Shown here in pieces: positions 9,214-18,801 of a stretch of DNA of 64,000 bases. Location: assembly GCA_944393725.1 (NCBI GenBank), contig CALYBC010000025.1, positions 1,232-65,231 on the forward strand. Reading direction: 5' to 3'. A model generated the notes under the pieces. It was not told the origin of the DNA and searched no databases. It was given only the letters and a program-made list of their open reading frames with translations. The DNA comes from an uncultured Alphaproteobacteria bacterium. Its GTDB lineage: Bacteria; Pseudomonadota; Alphaproteobacteria; RF32; CAG-239. Position numbers and translations under genes: made by a program. Positions within the stretch are counted from its first letter, which is position 1. Each line of letters starts with the position of its first letter.

Positions 9214-10577
9214 TAATACTTTCCTGCCATTGCTTTATAAATATAGTTCTCATATTTTATAATTTGATATTTTTGCTCAATCAAACTTTTTTTCAAAGAG
9301 TTTTCGCTGTTAACTGCTTCCAAAAAGTTTTTAAATTCGGTTTTACCGTTATTATAACGACTATCATAATACTTTGTAATTTTGGTTGCATTATTATAAT
9401 TTTCCTCAGTATTTTTGTAGAGTTCTCCGTATTTTTCATAAGCAAAATAATAATATGCCACTTCGTTTACGGCCTGAGTTAGAGTATCCTTAAAATCAAG
9501 TACGGCAATCTGATAATCGGTTTCAGAAATTTTCACATTATTCTTTACCCGATTCCAATCCAAGAATGGCAAATCAACAGACACATTCCCTAAAATATAA
9601 GGAAAGTCAAAGGTTGTTCTGGCTTTATTTGACGACGATCCGATCAATCCGCCTAAAGACACATTTGGATACCAATTTTTCTCTTCGGAACTAAGATTTT
9701 TAAACGCTTTTTCCAACCGATATTGCACAGCTAACAAATCCGGACGATTTGCCAATACGGCAATCGGGACATCAGTATTAATATTTAAATTATCCTGCTG
9801 TAAAATATCACCATAACTTACTACCAACTCATCTGAGGATTTAAGATTTAGGACATTCCGCAGACTCGTTTCCATCTCCTTAAACAAAGTTTCCAACTCC
9901 AGCAAGCGACTTTCTTCGGAAAGCAGGCTCTGCTTTGATTCCAGATATTCCAAATCATCGGTTCTGCCGCTTAGATATTTATTCTTCATAATATCTTGAA
10001 TATCGGTATAAGCTTTAATATTTGCTTTGGTTACATCAATTGAATTTTGCAAATATTCCAAATTAAAATACAAATCAACCACGCTGTTAACCAATGTCAG
10101 CCGAGCCGCCTCTTTATCCATGGTAGTAGCTTTATATTCAGCCTCTTGAGCCGAAGTCAAATCACGAATTTTTCCGTACAAATCCACCTCATAATTTAGC
10201 CCTGCTTCACTGGAAAAATTGCTGGCAAATTTATCGGATGTATTTATTTGTCTTTGTGATGATGCCGCCGCACCTGCCGACAAAGTAGGAAACAAATCCG
10301 ACTTACTTAGACTCAATTTATAAAGCTCTTTATTAATATTAAGAGCAGCTTTCAAATAGTCGGTATTATTCTGCAGGGCCATATCCACCAACCGATTGAG
10401 TTCCGGATTGTTATACTGTTTCCACCATTCTTTATCGACCGAATACTTAGCGGCGATTTCCTTAGAATAGTTTAATTCCTCTGCCAAATTAAGCGGTTTA
10501 TAATTCGTGGTCGCACAGCCGGTAACTAAAACCAGCTCGGCAATCATCAATAGCTTTATTACACCGTGTTTAGTCAT
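9213..10577 (-). CDS. TolC/OprM-family outer-membrane efflux lipoprotein
   Basis: Lipobox LVTGC, WWKQYNNPELNRLV, YEVDLYGKIR, RPDL; start 10577. Confidence 0.9.
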   Translation of the reverse strand: MTKHGVIKLLMIAELVLVTGCATTNYKPLNLAEELNYSKEIAAKYSVDKEWWKQYNNPELNRLVDMALQNNTDYLKAALNINKELYKLSLSKSDLFPTLSAGAAASSQRQINTSDKFASNFSSEAGLNYEVDLYGKIRDLTSAQEAEYKATTMDKEAARLTLVNSVVDLYFNLEYLQNSIDVTKANIKAYTDIQDIMKNKYLSGRTDDLEYLESKQSLLSEESRLLELETLFKEMETSLRNVLNLKSSDELVVSYGDILQQDNLNINTDVPIAVLANRPDLLAVQYRLEKAFKNLSSEEKNWYPNVSLGGLIGSSSNKARTTFDFPYILGNVSVDLPFLDWNRVKNNVKISETDYQIAVLDFKDTLTQAVNEVAYYYFAYEKYGELYKNTEENYNNATKITKYYDSRYNNGKTEFKNFLEAVNSENSLKKSLIEQKYQIIKYENYIYKAMAGKY

Positions 10578-10578
10578 T

Positions 10579-12519
10579 TTATTCACTCGCCAAAGCATCA
10601 ATAGGATTAAGATTGGAAGCGTTTTTTGCCGGCATATAACCAAAAATAATGCCGATAGCTGTTGAGCACACCAAAGCCAAAACTATTGATGCGGTTGAAA
10701 AAATCATCCCGAAATCCTCGGAAAAAGTATTAAAGCAAAATCCGATAATCATTGAGAGAGTAACCCCCAAAAATCCGCCGACCAAGCAAATCAAGATAGC
10801 CTCAATCAAGAACTGCTGCAAAATATCGGTCTGCTGAGCCCCAATGGCCATTCTTATTCCTATTTCCTTAGTCCTTTCGGTAACCGAAACCAACATAATA
10901 TTCATTACCCCGATTCCGCCGACAATCAAAGATATCACCGCAATACTGGCAATAAGCAATTTCATTGTATTGGTGGCACTCTCCACTGTTTGCTTAATAC
11001 TGTCGGAATTAATCATAAAGAAATCTTTTTTCCCGTGCAGAGCAGTCAGAATATTTTCAATGCTTTCCTCTGCGACCTGAGAATTTACGGTATCAGAAAC
11101 TTTCACGGTAATTGAGTTAATATCGGTACTCCCGTTTATTTTATACATAGCCGTCGTGTACGGAACCCAAATGTTCATAGAATCAGACATCGGCCCCGGA
11201 TTATTGTCTTCCTCGGTAACACCTATAACCTCCAGCGGCTTTTTGTTAAAGATAATAATTTCGCCGATGGGATTAGGATTATCGGCAAAAACTTCTTCCA
11301 AAGTGTTATTATCTATTACCACCACAGAAGCGGCCTCATTAACTTCCTGCTGAGTAAAGATTCTGCCCTGAGCAATTTTTCGCCCTTTAACCTCAAAGAA
11401 CTGTGATCCGACACCTTGCAGCTGTGCGGTCAGAGAGTAATTTGCATAGACCAAAGTCCCGCTGCCCGACACTGACGGCGTTGCATTATCAATAAATCCT
11501 TGCTTCGCCAAATAATCGGAATCACTGACTTTTAAAGTCTTTACCTTTCCGGACCGCATATCACCAAAACCCGTACCCGGCATAATATCTATGGTGTTGG
11601 TTCCCATTGAATTAATCTGTTCCATGATTTTAGCTTGCGAGGCATTACCCAAAGCCACCACCGACACCACCGACGCAATACCGATAATAATTCCCAACAT
11701 CGTCAACAGTGAACGCATTTTATTGGCCAAAATTGCATGCACCGACATGCTTAAAGATTCAAGAAAGCTATATTTAATAGTATCAAGACGGCTTCTTTTA
11801 ATCGGCTTTATTTTATCGGTCACCTCGTAAAAATCGTTTCTTTTTCTGGTATCGGAAACAATTTCGCCATCTTTGATTTCAATAATTCGACTGGCTTGTG
11901 CGGCAATTTTACTATCATGAGTAACCAAAATAATAGTATGCCCCTGGTGATGCAATTTTTTTATAATTTCCATCACCATCTCGCCACTTTTTGAATCCAA
12001 AGCACCGGTTGGTTCATCCGCCAAAATTATTTCACCGCCGTTCATTAAAGCTCTTGCTATACTGACTCGTTGCTGTTGTCCACCGGACAATTCGTTGGGC
12101 TTGTTAGCCAATTTATTACCCAAGTCCAGTTGTTTCAGTAATTCTACCGCTCGCGAATTTCTGTCTTCGGCACTCAGCCCCAAATACACGGCAGGCAGAG
12201 CCGCGTTTTCAGATGCTTTCAAACTGGTCAACAAATTATATCTTTGAAAAATAAAACCAAAAGTCTTACATCTAAGTTCTGCCAGCTGATCTTTGTCCAT
12301 TTTGCCGACTTCAACACCGTTTATTTTGTATGACCCGGAAGTAGGCACATCCAAACACCCAATAATATTCATCATCGTTGATTTACCGGAGCCCGACTGA
12401 CCGATTATGGCAACGAAATCACCTTTTTCAATTTCTAAATCAATATTTTTAAGCACATGGACTTTATTTGCCCCTTGCCCAAAATATTTATTTATTTTTT
12501 TGAGTTCGATGATATTCAT
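10579..12519 (-). CDS. macB: MacB-type ABC exporter (ATPase-permease fusion)
   Basis: GQSGSGKST, LSGGQQQRVSIARAL, ILADEPTG, RSLLTMLGIIIGIASVV, VTERTKEIGIRMAIGA. Confidence 0.94.
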   Translation of the reverse strand: MNIIELKKINKYFGQGANKVHVLKNIDLEIEKGDFVAIIGQSGSGKSTMMNIIGCLDVPTSGSYKINGVEVGKMDKDQLAELRCKTFGFIFQRYNLLTSLKASENAALPAVYLGLSAEDRNSRAVELLKQLDLGNKLANKPNELSGGQQQRVSIARALMNGGEIILADEPTGALDSKSGEMVMEIIKKLHHQGHTIILVTHDSKIAAQASRIIEIKDGEIVSDTRKRNDFYEVTDKIKPIKRSRLDTIKYSFLESLSMSVHAILANKMRSLLTMLGIIIGIASVVSVVALGNASQAKIMEQINSMGTNTIDIMPGTGFGDMRSGKVKTLKVSDSDYLAKQGFIDNATPSVSGSGTLVYANYSLTAQLQGVGSQFFEVKGRKIAQGRIFTQQEVNEAASVVVIDNNTLEEVFADNPNPIGEIIIFNKKPLEVIGVTEEDNNPGPMSDSMNIWVPYTTAMYKINGSTDINSITVKVSDTVNSQVAEESIENILTALHGKKDFFMINSDSIKQTVESATNTMKLLIASIAVISLIVGGIGVMNIMLVSVTERTKEIGIRMAIGAQQTDILQQFLIEAILICLVGGFLGVTLSMIIGFCFNTFSEDFGMIFSTASIVLALVCSTAIGIIFGYMPAKNASNLNPIDALASE

Positions 12520-12520
12520 C

Positions 12521-13711
12521 TTAAAATCTCCTCGGTCCTTTCATACTGGAAGCTTTATCGGAAATTTCCGCCGACGACATTTTGGCAATGATTACCTCAT
12601 CGCCCTCATTCACACCACTTACCACCTCGATATTAAGACCATCGGAAACACCGGTTTCAATATCTTTTCGAACTACTCCGGCTTTGGTCAGTACCTCAAC
12701 ATATTTTGCTTTAGTTCCACCTTTAACCGCCGTCACCGGCACCGTTAAAACATCTTCGGCACTTTCAACATAAATAACATTTTGGGTAGTCATACCAATT
12801 CTTAACTTACCGTCTTTATTAGGAACAACCAATCTTCCGTAATAATAAATTGCCTCACTGGAATCAACCACCTCGGTATACTCCCCGTTGGTAAGCAGAG
12901 TCAATCCGGGGTCAATAGACTTCAATGTTGTTTCGTATATTTCGCCTAAATTTGCCAAAGTCGAATATGTAACTTTAACTCCGGGACGAATATTAGCGAT
13001 ATCTCCTTCCGATATTTCAATCAAAATCTCCATGTTATCCAAATTAGCCACCTGTACGATTGTCGGGGTATCCATAGCGGCGTTAATGGTCTGCCCCTCT
13101 TTTACAGGTACCGAAACAACCGTTCCGTCCAGTGGTGCGGTAATTTTGGTATATCCCAAATTTGTTTCGGCAGTACTTAAAGAGATTTCGGTTTCTTTAA
13201 CAGACGATTCTAATTCCGTTACTTTTGATTTTGCCGTTTCAAACGCATCTAAAGCATTTTCCACATCTTCTTGTGACGCGGCATTACTTTTTTTCAAATT
13301 TTGGGTTCTTTTATATTGTTTCTGAGCCACATCCAAAGAAACTTTAGCGGCATCCAACTGAGCCTGATAGCTTTTAAGTTTGGCTTTATTAATATCAACT
13401 TCATTCTGCTGAGTGGTTGAATCAATTTCGGCAATTAAATCACCTCTTCTAACTTCTTGTCCGACATTAACATTAAGTTTTTCTATTTTTCCGGAAACCT
13501 GAGCGCCGACGGTTACCAGATTAATTGCCCGCACTTCACCGGTTGCATTCACCACTTTCTGCACATTTTGTTTATGTACCGTTTCGGTGATGTAAGAAAT
13601 TTCATCACCGGAATCAAAATATAGATTAAAAAGCAATACTAAGCAAAGAATAATCAATATATAGACGATAATTCTTACTTTTGTACTCATAAAACCCAAA
13701 AACTTTTTCAT
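12521..13711 (-). CDS. macA: MacA periplasmic adaptor
   Basis: VGAQVSGKI, YTKITAPLDGTVV, LRIGMTTQ; ATG 13711 with GGAG RBS. Confidence 0.9.
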   Translation of the reverse strand: MKKFLGFMSTKVRIIVYILIILCLVLLFNLYFDSGDEISYITETVHKQNVQKVVNATGEVRAINLVTVGAQVSGKIEKLNVNVGQEVRRGDLIAEIDSTTQQNEVDINKAKLKSYQAQLDAAKVSLDVAQKQYKRTQNLKKSNAASQEDVENALDAFETAKSKVTELESSVKETEISLSTAETNLGYTKITAPLDGTVVSVPVKEGQTINAAMDTPTIVQVANLDNMEILIEISEGDIANIRPGVKVTYSTLANLGEIYETTLKSIDPGLTLLTNGEYTEVVDSSEAIYYYGRLVVPNKDGKLRIGMTTQNVIYVESAEDVLTVPVTAVKGGTKAKYVEVLTKAGVVRKDIETGVSDGLNIEVVSGVNEGDEVIIAKMSSAEISDKASSMKGPRRF

Positions 13712-13789
13712 TGTCCGCTCCGACAAAAATCAATGCACATATTTACAAACGACATTAAAACAAAAAAAGTTCAAAATTTTACTAAAAAA

Positions 13790-14497
13790 TTATTTATCAC
13801 CCTTGCGAGCTGCCAACAGCCCAGCTTCGAACAATAAATATGTTGGAACGGTAAGCATTAGCTGGCTTACAATATCCGGAGGAGTTAAAATCCCGGCAAT
13901 TATCAAAATAACCACAAAAATGTACGGTCTTTTTTGCCTTACTGCCTCGTATGAAATTATCCCCGTGCGTATCAAATAATATGTCACCAACGGAAATTGG
14001 AACATAGCTCCAAACACCACCGCCAACATCAGCGATAAGTTTACAATATTTGCGATTCCAAACATGGCGTTAATATTATTTGTAGTAAAGCTCAAACCGA
14101 AATTAATGATAAGCGGTAAGATAAAACAAACGCAAAAAGCCGCCCCGAGAATAAAAAGCAGAGATGAAATAATGACTAATGATTTTAGCAAGTAGCGCTC
14201 GTTTTCATAAAGCGCCGGCTTTATAAAAATCCATATTTGTTTGATTATATACGGAAAGCAAATAATTACATCTAAGACCGAAGCCATTTTAATCTGAATT
14301 AAAAAGACCTCCATCGGCGAAAAGAAGTTAAAAGATATTTCATTTTCTGCCAAGATGACCTTAATCAAAACATCAATAGCATACGGAGCCGCAAAGAACA
14401 TAGGAATAAAACCTATAGCCAAAGCAACCAAAGATTTTATTAGGCAAGAACGCAAAGCCTCCAAATGCCCGATTAGATTTTCGTCTTGTTCCCCCAT
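13790..14497 (-). CDS. tatC: Twin-arginine translocase TatC
   Basis: LIGHLEALR, FIKPALYENE, FQFP, ILTPPDIVSQLMLTVP..LFE. Confidence 0.95.
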   Translation of the reverse strand: MGEQDENLIGHLEALRSCLIKSLVALAIGFIPMFFAAPYAIDVLIKVILAENEISFNFFSPMEVFLIQIKMASVLDVIICFPYIIKQIWIFIKPALYENERYLLKSLVIISSLLFILGAAFCVCFILPLIINFGLSFTTNNINAMFGIANIVNLSLMLAVVFGAMFQFPLVTYYLIRTGIISYEAVRQKRPYIFVVILIIAGILTPPDIVSQLMLTVPTYLLFEAGLLAARKGDK

Positions 14498-14501
14498 AAA
14501 T

Positions 14502-14711
14502 TTATTCTTTAGATTTCTTTTCTTCGTTTTCCGCAGCTTTTTCTACGGTGTTTTTCAAGTCCTGAGCTTCATTTTGCAACATTTCCTTGGCCTTTTTATA
14601 TTCATATTGAGCTTTACCCAGAGCTTTTGCCAATTCAGGGATTCTTTTTCCGCCAAACAAAATTAAAACCACAACCAATATCAGAGCAATTTCCGTTATA
14701 CCCAAAGACAT
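14502..14711 (-). CDS. tatA: Twin-arginine translocase TatA/E
   Basis: [30 protein letters not shown]; AGGAGG RBS. Confidence 0.94.
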   Translation of the reverse strand: MSLGITEIALILVVVLILFGGKRIPELAKALGKAQYEYKKAKEMLQNEAQDLKNTVEKAAENEEKKSKE

Positions 14712-14730
14712 ATTTCCTCCTTTTTAAATT

Positions 14731-16023
14731 TTATAAAAGTTTTTGTTCTTCTACCGGCTCAATGGCAATTGCCTTTACCGGACAAGCCTGTTTACAAACC
14801 CCGCAACCGATACATTCATCGAAATTCACTTTCGGAAAATCACCATCGGCTTTTGTTATGGCTTGCTTAGGACACTTCATTACACACAATCCGCACTTAA
14901 CACACACTTCATCATAAATAACGGCTTGTGCAATTTTTGTATTTTGTTTTTCAGAAAGAGAAATCTTTTTTATTGCTCCCGAAGGACAAACTTGCGAACA
15001 TTTATGACACTCATAATCGCAAAAGCCGTTTTTATAATCAATATGGACGGCAGAATATATATCATCTGCTTTTTTAATTATTTTCATCGGACAATTCTGC
15101 ACACAAAGATTACAGTTGAGGCAGCGATTGGTAAAATCTTGCGGATTTCCGGCTCCGGCAGGTAAGATAACCTTTTTTACCCGTTCAGCAAAATTTTTGG
15201 CCAAGATTCCGCCGCTTTTTACTGCCGCGGCAAACACCGCCACCATAGCCGAAGCCGTAATAAAATTGCGCCGTGAAAGACTAAACGGCACTTGTTTTTT
15301 TGCTTTTGAACCAAGATATATGCTGTTTTGCTTACATATCGTCAAGCATTTTAGGCATTTAACACAAGTTTCGTTATCAACCTTTTTATTTTTAATATCT
15401 ATGGAGCCGCTCGGACAATTTGCAGCACACAAACCGCAAGCGACACAGGTATCGTCGTTTATATTGATTTGTTTTAACGAATGTTTTGACAAACACCCCA
15501 ACGCCGTTCCGACCGGACATATATTGGCACAAAAATATCTACCCTTAAACCAAACCAAAACCATTATTAAAGCGACAACAATCAAGCCAAAAATACTTCC
15601 GCTTAAAGCCGACCCGAAAATTGTATATGGCTCAAAAAGTCGTAACAACACAACCGTTCCACCAACGAGTAGCCCCCAAAGCACTATAGCCAACCAATAT
15701 TTGCATGGTCGATTTTTCATGGTTGCCTTTTTCCGACGAAAAATCGACATCAAGAATTCTTGCAATATACCCAAAGGACAAACAACCGAGCAATAAAATC
15801 GTCCGGCCAATAAGGTAACGACAACTACACTGCTTAACAAAGCGATCGCCACCCACGACCAATCAACCAACAATCGTTGTACCAATGCGGCAAACTGCCC
15901 ATCAAATATTTTAAGCTCATAAAAATACCCACCGAACGCCAAAACGGCCAAAACGGCTACAAATACCGAAAGAGTAACCCGCAACCAGTAAAAATATCTA
16001 TTTTTATTACTTTTTGTTTTCAT
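14731..16023 (-). CDS. Membrane polyferredoxin (NapH/MauN-like plus NapG/MauM-like Fe-S domains) with internal twin-arginine motif
   Basis: 4 N-terminal TMs with GRFYCSVVCPLG and GRYFCANICPVG, multiple CxxCxxCxxxCP, SRRNFI before a fifth hydrophobic helix. Confidence 0.85.
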   Translation of the reverse strand: MKTKSNKNRYFYWLRVTLSVFVAVLAVLAFGGYFYELKIFDGQFAALVQRLLVDWSWVAIALLSSVVVVTLLAGRFYCSVVCPLGILQEFLMSIFRRKKATMKNRPCKYWLAIVLWGLLVGGTVVLLRLFEPYTIFGSALSGSIFGLIVVALIMVLVWFKGRYFCANICPVGTALGCLSKHSLKQININDDTCVACGLCAANCPSGSIDIKNKKVDNETCVKCLKCLTICKQNSIYLGSKAKKQVPFSLSRRNFITASAMVAVFAAAVKSGGILAKNFAERVKKVILPAGAGNPQDFTNRCLNCNLCVQNCPMKIIKKADDIYSAVHIDYKNGFCDYECHKCSQVCPSGAIKKISLSEKQNTKIAQAVIYDEVCVKCGLCVMKCPKQAITKADGDFPKVNFDECIGCGVCKQACPVKAIAIEPVEEQKLL

Positions 16024-16024
16024 T

Positions 16025-16594
16025 TTAATCAATACTCAAAGTTTTAATCCATTCACCAATTCCCTGCACGGTATCCCCGTAACCGCTCCACGCTTTTGTT
16101 TCTTCAAAAACACAGCCCACACACTGAGCTTTCATGTCAGCCACGGTATTTTGCTTACCTCCGCCGCCGTGAGTTATAAACGGAAAAACCTTTTTACCAT
16201 TCAAATCATAAGTTTGCAAAAAACTGCTTACTTGCGGAGTTATGGTTCCCCACCAATTAGGCGAGCCCAAAAAAACAATATCATATTTTGCCATATCATT
16301 AACCAAGGTTGTCAATTTCGGCCGATAATTTTCCCTGATTTCCTTTTGTGCCTGTAAAGTCATTTGCCGATATTCGCCCGGATACTCCCCTTCGGTTTTT
16401 ATCTCAAACAAGTCTCCTCCGACTTCTTTTTGAATTGCCTCAGCAACGGTTTTCGTATTTCCGCTGTACGAGTAATATGCAATTAAAATATTTTTATTGT
16501 TATTCATAGCAACCTCCGCATTTTGTGCATAAGTATCAACTCCGGCGACCATGACCAAAGAACATACCAAGATTTTCCAAACAAAATTTTTCAT
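16025..16594 (-). CDS. Flavodoxin with N-terminal signal peptide
   Basis: IAYYSYSGNT, GSPNWWG, FITHGGGG; leader MKNFVWKILVCSLVMVAGVDTYA. Confidence 0.85.
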   Translation of the reverse strand: MKNFVWKILVCSLVMVAGVDTYAQNAEVAMNNNKNILIAYYSYSGNTKTVAEAIQKEVGGDLFEIKTEGEYPGEYRQMTLQAQKEIRENYRPKLTTLVNDMAKYDIVFLGSPNWWGTITPQVSSFLQTYDLNGKKVFPFITHGGGGKQNTVADMKAQCVGCVFEETKAWSGYGDTVQGIGEWIKTLSID

Positions 16595-16598
16595 ATTT

Positions 16599-17837
16599 TT
16601 ACCCTTCAAAAGTTTTAGCAACTTCTTTCATCCATTTGCTGATTTCAATATGTTGCGGACAATTCTTTTCACATAACCTGCAACCGATACAAGCCGAAGC
16701 CTTACCATGAGTTTTAGTCAAATTTGCATAATACATTGCCTGAGCATTAAAAGGTTTCTCCTTGCGTTCCTGCATTTCGGCATTATACAAAGCAAAATAA
16801 TCCGGAATGGCAATTTTCATCGGACAGGCTTCCACACAATACTGGCAAGCCGTGCAAGGTATGGTGATTTCATTATGCAAGGCTTTCACCGCGGTTTCCA
16901 CCACTTTCAGCTCTTGCTTATTGAGAGGTTTAAAGTTTTGCATATAAGAGGTATTGTTTTCAAGCTGTTCTAAATTACTCATTCCGCTTAACACCATCAT
17001 CACCCCGTCCAATGATGCCGCATATCTGATAGCCCAAGACGCCACCGACATATCCGGATTGGCATTTTTAAATATTTTTTCAACATTTGGCGGCACTACG
17101 GCCAAGCTTCCGCCTTTTACCGGTTCCATTACAATAATCGGCTTATTATATTTCTGCGCGATTTCGTAACAACGTCTTGATTGAATTGATGGATTATCCC
17201 AGTCAATGTAGTTTATTTGCAGCTGTACAAAATCAACATTCGGATTTTCCTTTAATACCTCTTCCAAGAGCTCGGGTTTATCGTGAAAAGAAAATCCGAT
17301 ATTTTTTACTTTTCCTTGTTTTTTCTTCTCCGCCACAAAATCAAAACTCTTATATTTGCGCGCATTTCCGATGGTATTTGCATTAACATTATGAACCAGA
17401 TAATAATCAAAATAATCCAATCCGGTTTTTTCAAGTTGTTTATTAAAAATTTCTTCCTGATGTTCGGCGCTTTTCAAGCTCCCGATTGGCAATTTACTGG
17501 CCACAACAAATTTATCTCTCGGATATCGTTTAACTAATGATTCTCGCAAAGCAATCTCGCTTTGATGCCCCATATACATCCACGCCGTATCAAAATAATT
17601 GAAGCCTCTTTGCAAGAATAAATCTACCATTTTATTTAATGTATCATAGTCAATATCGGTCTGATTTTGAGGATTCCTAAGCGGCAATCGCATAAATCCG
17701 AAGCCTAGTTTATTGTTGGGATTTATTTTACTTTTTACAATATTATCTACCGGAAGATCTTCGGCCAAAGTAAGTTTAGGCAAGGGAGCTAAAGCAAAAG
17801 CTGCCAAAGTGCCGAGTAAAAATTCTCGTCTGTTCAT
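16599..17837 (-). CDS. Aldo/keto reductase with C-terminal 4Fe-4S dicluster and Tat signal
   Basis: MNRREFLLG Tat leader after GGAGG; LGFGFMRLP, DTAWMY, KLP, YYLVH; CTACQYCVEACP and CIGCRLCEKNCP. Confidence 0.9.
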   Translation of the reverse strand: MNRREFLLGTLAAFALAPLPKLTLAEDLPVDNIVKSKINPNNKLGFGFMRLPLRNPQNQTDIDYDTLNKMVDLFLQRGFNYFDTAWMYMGHQSEIALRESLVKRYPRDKFVVASKLPIGSLKSAEHQEEIFNKQLEKTGLDYFDYYLVHNVNANTIGNARKYKSFDFVAEKKKQGKVKNIGFSFHDKPELLEEVLKENPNVDFVQLQINYIDWDNPSIQSRRCYEIAQKYNKPIIVMEPVKGGSLAVVPPNVEKIFKNANPDMSVASWAIRYAASLDGVMMVLSGMSNLEQLENNTSYMQNFKPLNKQELKVVETAVKALHNEITIPCTACQYCVEACPMKIAIPDYFALYNAEMQERKEKPFNAQAMYYANLTKTHGKASACIGCRLCEKNCPQHIEISKWMKEVAKTFEG

Positions 17838-17955
17838 CAACATACCTCCGCATAAAAAGTTTTTTAGAAGTATAGCATTTTTGGGGAACAAAAAGTCAAG
17901 TGTTTTTAGCAAAATAGCCCCCGTCTGCCTTTGCCTTGTAGTCGAACCCGCTTCC

Positions 17956-18054
17956 CCGTGAGTTCAAACCCCAATATCCACATCAATAACAAAAAAAGCA
18001 CCACAAGGGTGCTTTTTTTGTTATTGGCGGATAGAGTGGGATTCGAACCCACGG
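17956..18054. repeat. Long imperfect palindrome: tRNA-Ser 3' end, terminator, degenerate inverted copy of the tRNA 3' end
   Basis: CCGTGAGTTCAAACCCCAATATCC..CAATAACAAAAAAAGCACC mirrors the tRNA-side CCGTGGGTTCGAATCCCACTCTATCCGCCAATAACAAAAAAAGCACC. Confidence 0.75.
17984..18026. terminator. Bidirectional intrinsic terminator after tRNA-Ser
   Basis: CAATAACAAAAAAAGCACC-acaag-GGTGCTTTTTTTGTTATTG perfect stem. Confidence 0.85.
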
Positions 18055-18115
18055 TACCCTTTGGAGGTACACACGATTTCCAATCGTGCGCCTTCGACCA
18101 CTCGGCCATCTATCC
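18025..18115 (-). tRNA. tRNA-Ser(GGA)
   Basis: GGATAGATGGCCGAGTGGTCGAAGGCGCACGATTGGAAATCGTG...GGTTCGAATCCCACTCTATCCGCCA; long variable arm. Confidence 0.96.
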
Positions 18116-18313
18116 AACGATTGAGGCTGACTTTAATAAAATATGAATAATTTTGCAACACAAAAATTATATTTTACGGCAAAATTTCAAAACCCTCCGT
18201 TTTTTGTTGCAATTAATAAATAATTAATCTACATATATTACACTATTTGCATAGGCTATAGAGCACTTGCTTTCTTTATTATTGTATGTTTAACGGCACC
18301 AAAATAAGACGGA

Positions 18314-18685
18314 TTGTTAAAAAACATGATAATTGACAGCAATAACAAAAAACAAAAAAGCATTTTAACCAACAAATGCTTCTACCAGACGACAGCTCGT
18401 ATTATGCGCGATTTTGAAGAGAAAGGCTATGCCAACTCTGCCGACGAAACCGCGAAAGTTATTTCTGCCTATCATGCGATTGTCAAAAAGAAAGCCAAAA
18501 ACAATTTTGGTCCTGACTATAATGAGGCCTTTCGCAAAATAGACAGTGCTATTCAAACATTGGCTAACCAAGTATTTTATGACTGTGATAAAAAAAGCTT
18601 TGATTATGCCTATCATTCTTTTGAACAATTTGACCATATTTCCGCCATTGTTACCCGCCAAAGAGCTAAAAAAGGTCTTTTTTAA
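18314..18685 (+). CDS. Hypothetical protein
   Basis: 123-aa ORF filling the gap between tRNA-Ser and gpsA; no recognisable motif; start may be ATG 18326. Confidence 0.6.
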   Translation: MLKNMIIDSNNKKQKSILTNKCFYQTTARIMRDFEEKGYANSADETAKVISAYHAIVKKKAKNNFGPDYNEAFRKIDSAIQTLANQVFYDCDKKSFDYAYHSFEQFDHISAIVTRQRAKKGLF

Positions 18686-18801
18686 GTTTTTTCATATTAT
18701 CCGCAGCTTTTTTCATTATTAAATATCCATATTGCCAAAGCGAGTTTTATGGGTTAGAAATACTAACATACAAATCAACATATTTTTTAGAGGATTAAGT
18801 C

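Noticed and set aside
10649-15796. Many plus-strand ORFs opposite macAB, tatC and the polyferredoxin
   Set aside because: Antisense shadows with no motifs or RBS; the same applies to other short overlapping ORFs throughout the window.
8424-18115. Active prophage or integrative element at tRNA-Gly/tRNA-Ser
   Set aside because: No integrase, transposase or phage gene; tRNA fragments are inverted and local, not direct att repeats flanking the block.
17906-18146. ORFs 17906-18109 (-) and 17931-18146 (+)
   Set aside because: They are translations of tRNA-Ser and its terminator.
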